Of a stretch of DNA of 64,000 bases, positions 52,034-62,500 are shown piece by piece. Position numbers and translations under genes: made by a program. Within the stretch, counting starts at the first letter, position 1. The number at the start of each line of letters is the position of its first letter. The notes below the pieces were generated by a model. That model saw only the letters and a list, made by a program, of their open reading frames with translations, made no database searches and had not been told where the DNA came from. Source of the stretch: an uncultured cyanobacterium (GTDB taxonomy: Bacteria; Cyanobacteriota; Cyanobacteriia; PCC-9006; JAAUQQ01); contig OY970368.1 in NCBI GenBank assembly GCA_963718615.1, forward strand, positions 5,248,001 to 5,312,000. Reading direction: 5' to 3'.

Positions 52034-55000
52034 ATGACTCAGAACAGCAGCAAACTCTGCATTCATCATCTCTTTGAACAACGAGCTGCGCAGCATCCTG
52101 ATCAAATTGCTGTTATCGCTAAAAATAAAACGCTCAGCTATCGCGAGCTAAACGAGAAAGCCAACCAGCTCGCTCACTATCTTCAGCAGCTTGGTGCTGT
52201 ACCGGAGTCTTTGATTGGGATTTGTGTGGATCGCTCAGCAGAAATGATCGTGGCGCTCTTGGGAATTCTGAAAGCTGGAGCAGCCTACGTCCCTTTAGAT
52301 CATGCTGTACTGAAAGAAAATTTAGAGCAGATTATTCAAGATATTGGAATTTCTGTTTTTCTCACTCAATCTTCGATGGTAGAGGATCTGCCATTTTTGT
52401 CGCTACCAACGATTTTTCTAGACGTCGACTCGCCAGAGATTTCAAAGCACTCGATCTCTAATTCACAGAACATCGTTGAGCAGCAGCATCTTTTATGCTA
52501 TGTAGTCTACCGTTCTTTTGCTGCTGAGCCCTCTAAAGGCATTGGCATAGAACACCAATATGCAATTTCTCTTGCAGCCCAGAGCAAAGAGGCTTTTTCC
52601 TCTGATTGTTGGTCTGGTGTTTTAGTCGCGAGTTCTATCTCTCTTGAACTATCAATCGTTGAAATCTTTTGTACACTCGCCCACGGCGGAACCTTGATCC
52701 TGGCAGAAGATCTTTTTTCCTTATCAACATTACAAGAAGCCCAGAGCGTCAAGTTGATTCATACTGTGCCTTCCAAGATGGAGAATCTGTTGGCTCAATG
52801 TAGAACGATTCCACAGTCTCTTCATAGCATAAATTTTGCAGGCGAACCGTTACAGGAAGAGCTGATTAAGCAGCTAAAGCAATACGAGCAAATCCAAGCG
52901 CTTTACTTTCACATGAAACCTGTTACGACCGAGGCTCCCGAAAATTTGATGGCGATCGCCCAATCTCCCTCTCCTGCCATGGATAACGCGGTCTTGCGCC
53001 AACCCTATCCCATCGATCTATCCCGTCTTCCAGCCCAGGAACAACAACAGCTTAAGGAATGGAACTCTACCGCCATAGAGTATCAACTGCCCTACTGTAT
53101 TCATCAACTTATAGAGCAGCAAGTTGAGCGGACTCCTGAGCAAATTGCCGTCCTGTTTGACAAGGAGCTAGAAAATCAGCAGTTAACCTATTGGGAACTG
53201 AATCAACGCGCCAATCAACTGGCTCGACACTTACAAACGGTTGGAGTCGGCCCTGACGTACTAGTGGGGATTTGTCTGGAGCGATCGCTCGATATGATCG
53301 TGGCTCTCCTCGCCGTCTTCAAAGCAGGTGGAGCATATCTTCCATTGGATATTTCTTATCCTGTAGACCGCTTGCAATACATGCTAGAAAATGCCCAGGC
53401 TCCGGTTCTATTGACCCAAAGCCATCTAGCCAGTCAGCTTCCTGTAGACAATATTCAGGTTATTTGTCTTGATCAACAGACCAATTGCCCTCTCTATGCA
53501 ACGAATAATATTGACACCGCTGTAACTCCCGAGAATCTGGGATATGTCATTTATACGTCCGGCTCAACAGGAAAACCAAAGGGAGTTGCCATGCCCCAAC
53601 GTGCCCTTGCTAATCTATTGCACTGGCAAATGGCTCAGTCCGAAAACCTTCAGCCTGGGGCTCGAACCATTCAATTTACTCCCATCAGTTTTGATGTTTC
53701 ATTCCAGGAAATTTTTGCAACGTTAGCAGCAGGGGGAACCCTTGTTCTAATCACGGATGAACAACGACGAAACCCAGTCTCTCTCTTGCGCTATCTCAAT
53801 GAGGCTAAAATTGAGCGTTTGTTTCTTCCCTTTGTTGCTCTTCGCCAACTAGCCGAAGTTATCGCTCGCGAAAAATGTCTTCCTGCTCATCTAAAAGAAG
53901 TTATTACGGCCGGTGAACAGTTGCGGATTACTGCAGAGATTCAACGTTGGTTTAGCCAAACGCCTGAATGCTCCTTGTACAATCATTATGGTCCTTCTGA
54001 AAGCCATGTGGTGACTGCATTCTGCTTAACGGGCTCTCCACAAGATTGGCCAGCTTTACCCCCTATTGGCCAACCTATTGCTAATGCCCAAATTCATCTT
54101 CTCGATCGACACTTACGGGCAGTCCCTTTAGGTGTGACTGGGGAACTGTATATTTCTGGAGATTGCTTAGCCCATGGGTATCTTAATCGTCCCGAAATAA
54201 CGGTAGATTGTTTTATTAAGCATTCATGGGATGGAAAGTCTGAAACGATTCTCTACAAAACAGGTGATTTAGCACAATATTTACCAGATGGAAATATTGC
54301 CTATCTAGGCCGAGCTGACCAGCAGGTAAAAATTCGAGGCTACAGAATTGAACCTGGTGAAATCGAGACGTTGCTAGAACGACATTCTGAAGTTAAAGAG
54401 GCCGTTGTCATTACTCGGGAAGCAAGTCCTGGAGAAAATCGATTAGTGGCCTATGTAATTGCCCAATCGGTTCCGAAGAATGCAGAGATTGTTTCCACAC
54501 CCTTAGCTCGAAAACTTCGGAATTTTCTGAATTCCCAAGTCCCGGAATATATGGTTCCTTCGGTCTTTATGGTACTCGATGCTTTTCCATTGACGCCAAG
54601 TGGCAAGGTCGATCGTCGTGCATTGCCCATCCCAAAATGGACAAGAACAGAAGAAGGAGAATATATCCCACCAACGACTTCCGTTGAAATTCAGCTAAGC
54701 GAACTTTGGACAGAGCTATTAGGAATTGAAAAAGTTGGAATTCATGATACCTTCTGTTCGTTAGGCGGTCATTCTCTTATGGCCGTTCAGATGATTTATC
54801 ATGTCAAAGAACGGATGCAGATCGAAATAGATTTGAGCCATTTTTTGGAGAGTCCAACTATCGCAGGTTTAGCGAGACTACTCAGCCAACAATTGCAATC
54901 CCAGGGGAAAGCTGTAGCCAATGACGATGACACTAGAGCCGCAGAAGGCCGACTGGATAAGAGCATTCAATTGCCAGTTAATCCCATTGAGCGAGCTCCT

Positions 55001-56155
55001 AACTTCTTTCTCACTGGCGCAACGGGTTTTTTAGGGACTTATATGCTAGCAGACCTATTGCGGCAAACTAGAGCTGACGTATATTGTCTAGTCCGAGCGA
55101 CTCGCCCAGCAGAGGGGTTGACAAGACTCAAAAATAGTTTAAGTCGCTACGGACTCTGGCGTGAAGAAGATGCTCAACGGATTATTCCAGTTTTAGGTAG
55201 CTTAAGTTTGCCATGCCTAGGAATTCAGGCCAAGCTCTTTGACCGCTTGGCTGAAAAGCTCGATGCAATCTACCACTGTGGGGCGTGGGTTAATGTTATT
55301 TATCCGTACTCTGTTCTAGAAGCTGCCAACGTTATAGGAACACAAGAAATTCTGCGTTTAGCCAGTCAACAGCGTGTTAAACCCGTTCATTATGTGTCAA
55401 CAGTGGATGTCTTTTGTGTGGGAGAAGCGTTAGGTCTACGGGCGATTAATGAACAAGAATGGGGAGGACCTGCGCGATCGCTCTACAGTGGATATGCCAA
55501 GAGTAAATATATCGCGGAAACTCTAATTCAGGCAGCTCATGATCGAGGTTTACCTGTCACGATTTATCGTCCTAGCAATATTATGGGCGATACCCAAACT
55601 GGATTTTGTCCAAAAAGCAGCTTTATCATCCAGATGTTGCAGGGCTCCATGCAAGTGGGTGTAGCTCCCAAGCTTGATGCAGTGCTCAACTTAGTTCCCG
55701 TCGATTATGTTAGTCGTGCCATCATTCACTTATCTCAGACCGAAAAGCCTTGCGGAAAAGCCTTTAATATTATCAATCCTAAGTCTTACAATTGGAACGA
55801 CTTAATTGAGTGGGCAAGTGCAAAAGGCTATAATATCAAACCCGTTGCGTATGAATCTTGGTGTTCTGGGGTGATTAGTCAGGTTAGCCAAAATCCAAAT
55901 CAGACACTTTTCTTCCTCACCACGTTCTTAACTAATCTTCCCTTCATCCAAAAATCTTTAGGAGCGTTTCATTTTGAGATTGAAAAATTGCGATCGCGCC
56001 TAGAAGAAGCCAACATTTGTTGCCCCGAAATTAGCGACCAGTTATTAGAGCGGTACTTTATGAGCTTCACTAAACAAGATTGCATTCCAGCAGATTTCTT
56101 AAAGCAATCAGAGGAAGTATCTTCTACAACCGGAGAGCTAGCAAATTTGAGATAA
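52034..56155 (+). CDS. Standalone NRPS-like enzyme: truncated A domain + A-T-thioester reductase
   Basis: Second A domain has YTSGSTGKPKG, YGPSE, YKTGDL, GRADQQVKIRGYRIE, PSGKVDR; carrier GGHSL; reductase FLTGATGFLG, YAKSK, YRPS; no HHxxxDG condensation motif. Confidence 0.9.
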   Translation: MTQNSSKLCIHHLFEQRAAQHPDQIAVIAKNKTLSYRELNEKANQLAHYLQQLGAVPESLIGICVDRSAEMIVALLGILKAGAAYVPLDHAVLKENLEQIIQDIGISVFLTQSSMVEDLPFLSLPTIFLDVDSPEISKHSISNSQNIVEQQHLLCYVVYRSFAAEPSKGIGIEHQYAISLAAQSKEAFSSDCWSGVLVASSISLELSIVEIFCTLAHGGTLILAEDLFSLSTLQEAQSVKLIHTVPSKMENLLAQCRTIPQSLHSINFAGEPLQEELIKQLKQYEQIQALYFHMKPVTTEAPENLMAIAQSPSPAMDNAVLRQPYPIDLSRLPAQEQQQLKEWNSTAIEYQLPYCIHQLIEQQVERTPEQIAVLFDKELENQQLTYWELNQRANQLARHLQTVGVGPDVLVGICLERSLDMIVALLAVFKAGGAYLPLDISYPVDRLQYMLENAQAPVLLTQSHLASQLPVDNIQVICLDQQTNCPLYATNNIDTAVTPENLGYVIYTSGSTGKPKGVAMPQRALANLLHWQMAQSENLQPGARTIQFTPISFDVSFQEIFATLAAGGTLVLITDEQRRNPVSLLRYLNEAKIERLFLPFVALRQLAEVIAREKCLPAHLKEVITAGEQLRITAEIQRWFSQTPECSLYNHYGPSESHVVTAFCLTGSPQDWPALPPIGQPIANAQIHLLDRHLRAVPLGVTGELYISGDCLAHGYLNRPEITVDCFIKHSWDGKSETILYKTGDLAQYLPDGNIAYLGRADQQVKIRGYRIEPGEIETLLERHSEVKEAVVITREASPGENRLVAYVIAQSVPKNAEIVSTPLARKLRNFLNSQVPEYMVPSVFMVLDAFPLTPSGKVDRRALPIPKWTRTEEGEYIPPTTSVEIQLSELWTELLGIEKVGIHDTFCSLGGHSLMAVQMIYHVKERMQIEIDLSHFLESPTIAGLARLLSQQLQSQGKAVANDDDTRAAEGRLDKSIQLPVNPIERAPNFFLTGATGFLGTYMLADLLRQTRADVYCLVRATRPAEGLTRLKNSLSRYGLWREEDAQRIIPVLGSLSLPCLGIQAKLFDRLAEKLDAIYHCGAWVNVIYPYSVLEAANVIGTQEILRLASQQRVKPVHYVSTVDVFCVGEALGLRAINEQEWGGPARSLYSGYAKSKYIAETLIQAAHDRGLPVTIYRPSNIMGDTQTGFCPKSSFIIQMLQGSMQVGVAPKLDAVLNLVPVDYVSRAIIHLSQTEKPCGKAFNIINPKSYNWNDLIEWASAKGYNIKPVAYESWCSGVISQVSQNPNQTLFFLTTFLTNLPFIQKSLGAFHFEIEKLRSRLEEANICCPEISDQLLERYFMSFTKQDCIPADFLKQSEEVSSTTGELANLR

Positions 56156-56194
56156 AGAGGAATCTTAATCGTATCCGTGAGTTCAGAATAATCA

Positions 56195-56237
56195 CATACC
56201 AAGAAATCTTCGCAACTTGCGAAGATTTCTTGGTATG
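56195..56237. terminator. Long perfect hairpin between convergent genes
   Basis: CATACCAAGAAATCTTCGCAA-C-TTGCGAAGATTTCTTGGTATG (21-bp perfect inverted repeat). Confidence 0.8.
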
Positions 56238-56248
56238 CTACTTAGCGA

Positions 56249-57949
56249 TTAAACTAAGGCGATATCCAACCAGGTTGAGAACCCCCAAGGTCGATTCGAA
56301 ATCACTGCAAAAGTTTGAGGTTTGATACCATCAAAGGGTGAAGCATTAAAAGATAATGCACCACTGTGGTAATCATAGCTAAACTGGCTCTTAGACGTAG
56401 CTCCAAAAGTCGAAGCATCGATCTGAATCACATCCCCTTGTCGCCAGCTAAAATCGGTAATAATATCTACATCTTTTGACAGAGTATTGAAGCGAAATAC
56501 ATCGGTACCCAACCCACCAGTTAACGTGTCATTGCCATCCCCACCGATTAAAGTATCATTTCCAGCTCCTGCTTGAATTACATTATCGCCTGCTGTTCCT
56601 ACAATATAATCTTGACCATCACCCGTTTTAATGTTTTCGAAATTTACGACATTTTCTGTATAAGCATACTGGAATTTTACAATTCCCTTTTCTAGATTAT
56701 AGTATGCACCTCCTGACCAATTGCGGTAGTCAACCGTATCATTTCCAGAACCGCCATCTAAGGAGTCATAGCCAAAGCCTCCACTAATGAGGTCATTACC
56801 ATCACCCCCATCAATCACGTCGTTGCCGTCGTAGCCGTATAGAATATCATCGCCAGCTCCGCCTAAAATTCGGTCATCGCCGGCTCCCCCATAGACTTGA
56901 TCATTTCCCAAACCGGCTTTTACAATGTTACGACCATCCCCAGTAAAAATTACGTGGCTGATTAAGTGATCACTTGTAACCTCAATAAAATCATTGGCGA
57001 TGCCTCTATGGATCGTTTCTGTAGCATTGGCATCCACAACGGTGGTTACATAAGTAATAAACTTGGGTGTTTGACTGAGCCCAGAAGCAACATTTTCAAA
57101 GAAGAACGTCTCTCCGCTCTCCGTTCCAATAAATGCATCTAAATCTCCGTCTCCATCTACATCGGCAAAGTCAGGACTGCTATAGGGTCCAACATTTTTT
57201 AAACCAAAGGGGTTTGCAACTGCATTTGTAAAAGATGCCGTTTTTGCCGTGCCGATATTTTGGAAATACAATGTATCTCCATTTTCCGTACCAATAAATG
57301 CATCAAAATCTCCATCGTTATCGAGATCTGCAAAGGTAGGACTACTAAAAATTCCTAGATTTTTTAGGCCAAAAGCGTTCGTGATAGGATTAGCAAAGAT
57401 AGGATTTTTAGAACTTCCTATATTTTCAAAGTAAAGTGTGTTCCCATCGGGATAATTACCCAAGAAGGCATCAAAATCTCCATCGCTATCGATATCAACA
57501 AACGTTGGACTATTAAATTCCCCAACCGTTTTGAGCCCGAAAGGATTGATGCTAGGAGAGGTATATACAGGTTTATTAGCGTTACCAATATTTTCGAAAT
57601 AGAGTGTGTTTCCATAAGGATACGTGCCTATAAAAAGGTCTAAATCGCCATCCGCATCAATGTCAACAAATTCAGGATTATTGTCGGTCTGGCCAATGTC
57701 TGAATACTGATCTCCCATTACAACTGCTACATTGATCACACTAAAAGGATTACTTATGGGAGAATTAAAGACAGGCTTATACAAATTTCCCGTATTTGAA
57801 AAAAAAAGTATATTGCCGTTTTCTGCACCGATGATCGCATCGAGATCGCCATCATTATCGATGTCTACCAGTGTTGGTGCGCTGAACAAACCAACATCTG
57901 TTAAATGAAAAGGATTTGAGAGAAGTGCTGTGAGCTTAGAATCAGACAT
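56249..57949 (-). CDS. FG-GAP-repeat + RTX calcium-binding secreted protein
   Basis: Five PxFxDxDxDGDxDAFIG...YFENxG...NPFGL repeats, then GGxGxD nonapeptides and a C-terminal D.ITDF region typical of T1SS substrates. Start at MSDSK (57949); ORF track 58075. Confidence 0.87.
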   Translation of the reverse strand: MSDSKLTALLSNPFHLTDVGLFSAPTLVDIDNDGDLDAIIGAENGNILFFSNTGNLYKPVFNSPISNPFSVINVAVVMGDQYSDIGQTDNNPEFVDIDADGDLDLFIGTYPYGNTLYFENIGNANKPVYTSPSINPFGLKTVGEFNSPTFVDIDSDGDFDAFLGNYPDGNTLYFENIGSSKNPIFANPITNAFGLKNLGIFSSPTFADLDNDGDFDAFIGTENGDTLYFQNIGTAKTASFTNAVANPFGLKNVGPYSSPDFADVDGDGDLDAFIGTESGETFFFENVASGLSQTPKFITYVTTVVDANATETIHRGIANDFIEVTSDHLISHVIFTGDGRNIVKAGLGNDQVYGGAGDDRILGGAGDDILYGYDGNDVIDGGDGNDLISGGFGYDSLDGGSGNDTVDYRNWSGGAYYNLEKGIVKFQYAYTENVVNFENIKTGDGQDYIVGTAGDNVIQAGAGNDTLIGGDGNDTLTGGLGTDVFRFNTLSKDVDIITDFSWRQGDVIQIDASTFGATSKSQFSYDYHSGALSFNASPFDGIKPQTFAVISNRPWGFSTWLDIALV

Positions 57950-58222
57950 TGTTCGCGTAAGCCTCAGAAGATTGAAGAAATAAGGAGCAACACCCTTCTT
58001 CTGCCCTGAGTTAGGATTTATGACCAAGGCTCGGGCTTGATACCTAGAAACTAGATGATACTCGAGTATCTCCACTTAGGTGATGTCGCTATGTATACAT
58101 ATACATACTGGCTTTGTCACTTCAGTGAATGCCCTGAGAAAAGAAATGATAATTAGGGAGTCTATCCTGGGAGTCGATTTAATTGTTTTGATGCTCTCTA
58201 GCTTTTCAACGACAAAAACCAA

Positions 58223-58265
58223 AAAGCCCATGGGCTCGGGCTTGTCGCACGAGCTGATGGGCTTT
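58223..58265 (-). terminator. Probable intrinsic terminator downstream of the binding-protein gene
   Basis: AAAGCCCAT-GGGCTCG...CGAGCTG-ATGGGCTTT hairpin, with a T-tract following on the minus strand. Confidence 0.6.
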
Positions 58266-58311
58266 CTAGTTGTTGTTAACATTAGCTCAATTTGTTATCT
58301 CTGGTGAAGCA

Positions 58312-59335
58312 CTAGAGCGCTTCAATAAAAGAAGCGTCAACGAAACTTGCTCCTGGAATGTCAGAGGTTGCCTTGCCCGCGCTCACTAATACAGGGACAG
58401 CAGAATCAAAGCTATTTGCAACGTTTAATGGATTATTAGATGCAAAAGCAATTGACTTGTTTGCTTCCAGGTCAAGCATATTCAGTTTTCCCAAAATCTC
58501 AACGGTCTCCTTCTGGCGTACTACCAACCCACTCAGCAATAATCTGATTAGCTTCGTCAGGGTTAGATTTTGCAAAGTCTAGCGCTTGATTGAGCGCTCG
58601 CATATAAGCCAACACATCTTGACGACGGCTTTGTAAAATTGGAGCATGGCCTGCTAGTCCATTGACAATCACATTAGTTCCCTTAGCAGAAAATAAGACT
58701 TTTGCGTCTTTGGCTTCTTTTAATGTTGTGCCCACAAAAGGTTCGTAGGCTGCGATCGCGTCCACCTCACCCGCAGTTAAAGCCTTAGTGGCATCAGGAA
58801 CTGGCAGCGACACTACATCCACGTCTTTCTCCGTCAAGCCCATGGATTCAAGGTAGCGGTTGAGAAAAACAATTTCAAACGGAACATCTTCTCTTGCAAT
58901 CTTTTTGCCTTTAAGTGTTTCAGTATCAGAAATACCGCGTCCTACAATGGCATCGACATCACCTGAGTAATCTGCTGCCATAATAAATTTGAGCGCTGGT
59001 GCTTGATCTGCTAAAACAACTAAGTCAGCAGCCACAACCCAGGCGAGATCTACCTCTTTGGCGACCAGCGCTGCATTCACTTCTGTGACTGTATCAAATA
59101 CCTTTTGCTCAACCTTTACGCCTTCTGCCTTAAAGAAATCTTTGACTTCAGCAATATGGGCACGGCTCCAGCCCACCCAGGGAACCAAGGCAACCCGCAA
59201 AACTTGATCGGAAGGACCAGTGTTGCCAGTCCCCGTTGAGGTGGACGACCGATTACCACAGCTTCCGATCCCAACGGTTGAGATTGCTCCAAGCGCGAGC
59301 AATGCCGAGGATTTAATGACTGTTCTTCTGCGCAT
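58312..59335 (-). pseudogene. SsuA/NMT1-THI5-like ABC substrate-binding lipoprotein with a frameshift near 58510
   Basis: RRRTVIK Tat-like signal with lipobox GSC; PWVGW, LKGKKIA, GEVDAIAAYEPF. The ORF stops at STPEGDR*, while the natural-looking C-terminus (ETVEILGKLNMLDLEAN...FVDASFIEAL) continues in the 58312-58575 frame. Confidence 0.75.
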
Positions 59336-59578
59336 AACTGAAAACCACCAATGAGTGAGGCTTAACAGACTTCACCAACAACGCAACAATGCAGGACAAC
59401 GGACCCAGGGCATCTTCTTGCTCCTGACTTAAGCCCCGAGGCTGTTGCTGAGCAATGCTCCGCCCAGAACTGTAAAGAACAGCCCTTCGCTGGAGTATAA
59501 TATTCAACATTCCCAATAAAAATGTCTCCGTAACACCCTATAGAGAGCTTTTTAGCTTGGGTTCATGACCAATCAGGC

Positions 59579-62500
59579 TCAGGCCTTTTGAATCAGATGC
59601 TCTAGAGCCTTCAGAAGCTCCTGCTCGTTGTAGGGTTTTGAGAAATAGGCGGAAGCGCCCAGATTCATTGCAAGCTTTCGGTGCTTATCGCTACTGCGAG
59701 ACGTCAGCATTGTAATAGGGAGAGATTGAAATTCGGCGCGTTGCTTGATTTCCTCCAGAACACCATAGCCATCCAAGCGAGGCATTTCCACATCACAAAT
59801 CACCGCTTCTACAGACAACCCGCCCAGTAACTTATCGACGGCTTCTTGACCATCCTTCGCCTGCTCAACCCGATAGCCCGCCTTCTCCAGCGTGATCGTG
59901 AGATAGCGGCGTAGATGGACCGAATCGTCGACGACCAAGATGGTTTGCTGTCGGGCTTGAGATGCCCCCTTTGTTTTTCTAGGGTCCAGTCCTAGGGATG
60001 AAGTGCCTAATTCACGGATAGGCTCTGCTTTAATAGGGCTCGTGACCGTTGCCGCTAGGGGTGACGTGAGTAGAGACGGAGGTGCAGGAGCGGTGCGACT
60101 GATCGCAGCATGAACCAACTGAACCAAATCGACCAAGGGAATCACACGACCATCCCCAAGAATGGTGGCCCCCACAAATCCGGTGGGTAACGGCATGAGG
60201 CTTGTGACCGGGCGAATGGCCACTTCCTGTTCATGCCAAAGTCGCTGCATGGGGACTGCGTAGAACCTGGCTTGATCGCGCACCACCACAAAGAGGGGCC
60301 GATTGATGGAAGGATTGCCATCGAGGGAAACCGGTTCGGCCTTGCCTTGGAAACAGAAGCTATCGGCTAAATCCACAATGGGGATCGATTGGTCTTTCCA
60401 GCGAAGATAGGAAGGCGAATCTGGGGGGGTGGGGGTGAGGTCTTGGGGCGATCGCCCCAGCATTTCCGGCGTCGCCACCAACATCTCTTCAATAGCATCC
60501 ACGGGAACCGCAAAGGTGAGTTTATGTTGTTCTAACAACAAGACCCGCAGGACTGAGAGTGTCAGCGGAACGCTCAGGGTAAACGTTGTTCCTTGACCGA
60601 GCTTCGTTTCAACCTGAATATCCCCCCGGAGTTGCTCTAGATTGGCACGGACAACGTCCATGCCGACGCCCCGGCCTGAGAGCTCCGTCACGGCTTCGGC
60701 GGTACTAAAGCCCGCATCAAAAATCAGTGAGAGGAGCTGCCGTTCGCTCATTTGAGCGATGTGGTCCTCGGGGATATCGTATTTGCGGACGCGATCGCGA
60801 ATCTTCTCCAAATCAATGCCCCGCCCATCATCCTTGACCAGGATGCGCACTTGGTTACCCCGCTGAATCGCCCGCAACGTGATCTGACCCATGGGCGATT
60901 TACCAATCGCGAGGCGCTCGTCTGGGGTTTCAAGACCATGGTCAAAGGCATTGCGCAGCAAATGGGTGAGGGGATCCACCAAGGCATCTAAGGCAGACCG
61001 TTCCACCAGCGTTGTTTCGCCCTCGACTTTGAGCTCCACCTGTTTGCCGTACTGCACCGATAGATCTCGCATTAACCGAGGAAAACGCCCTGCGATATCC
61101 GAAAAGGGCCGCATCTGGGTGCGGGTCATGCGATTTTGCAGCAGACGGGTGGTGCTATTGAGCTGCTGGGTCACTTGGCCGATTTCCTGTAACCCCAACT
61201 GAATATCCGCAGCCACTTCCTGGAGCTGAACAATGGTTTCCATCTGCTCCTGGGCCATGAGATGCAAATCCGAATACTGATCCATCTCCAGGGAATCAAA
61301 CTCAGAGGTACGGCCTAAGGCTAGGGCTGTGGTTCCTGGCAGGCTCGTGCCATGGAGCGGGGATAGTGGCGGCGGCAAGGGTCGACGGCCTTGGGGGGGT
61401 TCAGTTCCAGGAAGTTGTCTAATGAGTCCTTCTAGGGAGGTGCGATCGTACCATTGGCGCAGGCGTTGGTTAAAGGACTCCAGGATTCGCATCCGTTCTT
61501 GCAGCAATCCGGCAAAGCCATCGAGCTGTTGCTGACGCAAATTCAGCGCATTCCGTTCGAGGATCAGGGTGCCAAACAGCGTATTAATCTGTTGCAGATC
61601 CTCCGCCGCAATCCGCAGGGTGGCTCCCCGCTGAACTGCCGTTGTGGATTGAACGGAGAGATGAACCGGGCTCAGGGGCTTAGACGCGACCGGAGACGCG
61701 ACCGGAGAAGCAGCGGCTAAAGGTTCCTCGGGTATCAGCTCAGAGACCGGCGCGATCGACTCTAGGGCTGAGAGGTTGAGTTGGGCGATCGCATCCTGAA
61801 GTTGAGACAGTTCTTGACCATCCAACACCGTCTCCGATGCAGGACTCATAAGCACAGGTGCGGTGTCCATCAAACTGGCTTCAGCGGCTTGCTCTAGATC
61901 TGCCTTATCCAGTTCGATCTCATTCTCATCAGGGAGCGTAAAAGCTGGGCTCGGCATCGACGAGCCCATCAAAACCTGAGCCATTTCAGCCTGGAGGCGT
62001 TGCAACTCCGACAGGTCTACCTCTCCCAACTGTGCCTCTAAACCCTCATGCGCCGGTTCATCCCGCTGGACTGGCTCAACCTTAACGGGTTCAGTGGTCT
62101 CCGCTGCTGTCTCTACCCAAATGATCTGGGTTGGCAAATTGCCGACCCGTCCTAACTGGACGAGGGACTGGGCCCGTCGCCAAGTTCGTAGGGCCTCCGC
62201 CGCAAGGGACTGGAGCTGTCCTGCCGGGGCGGACATCGCCGGATCCAGCACAGATTCACACAATTGCACAAAGGCATCTAGCTCTCCGATCAAACCGAGA
62301 TCCGTAAGCTGAGTCGCCACGGTCACCAAGGATGAGCGCAAGGCTTCTGCCGCTAACCCCTCCAGGTCCGCCTCAAACCGATTGAGGATTTCCTCCACGC
62401 CGCTGTTAAACATCAGCAGCGCCACATCGACGCCTTCCTCTTCCGACAGCAGCCGATCCTCATCTTCGTCACTGAGATCACCGAGGCGCGATCGCAACTG

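Noticed and set aside
59336-59500. Assignment as a known guanidine-I/III, TPP or xanthine riboswitch
   Set aside because: Only fragmentary resemblance (e.g. GTCAGGAGCAAGAAG); the diagnostic conserved cores could not be matched, so it is kept only as an unassigned candidate.
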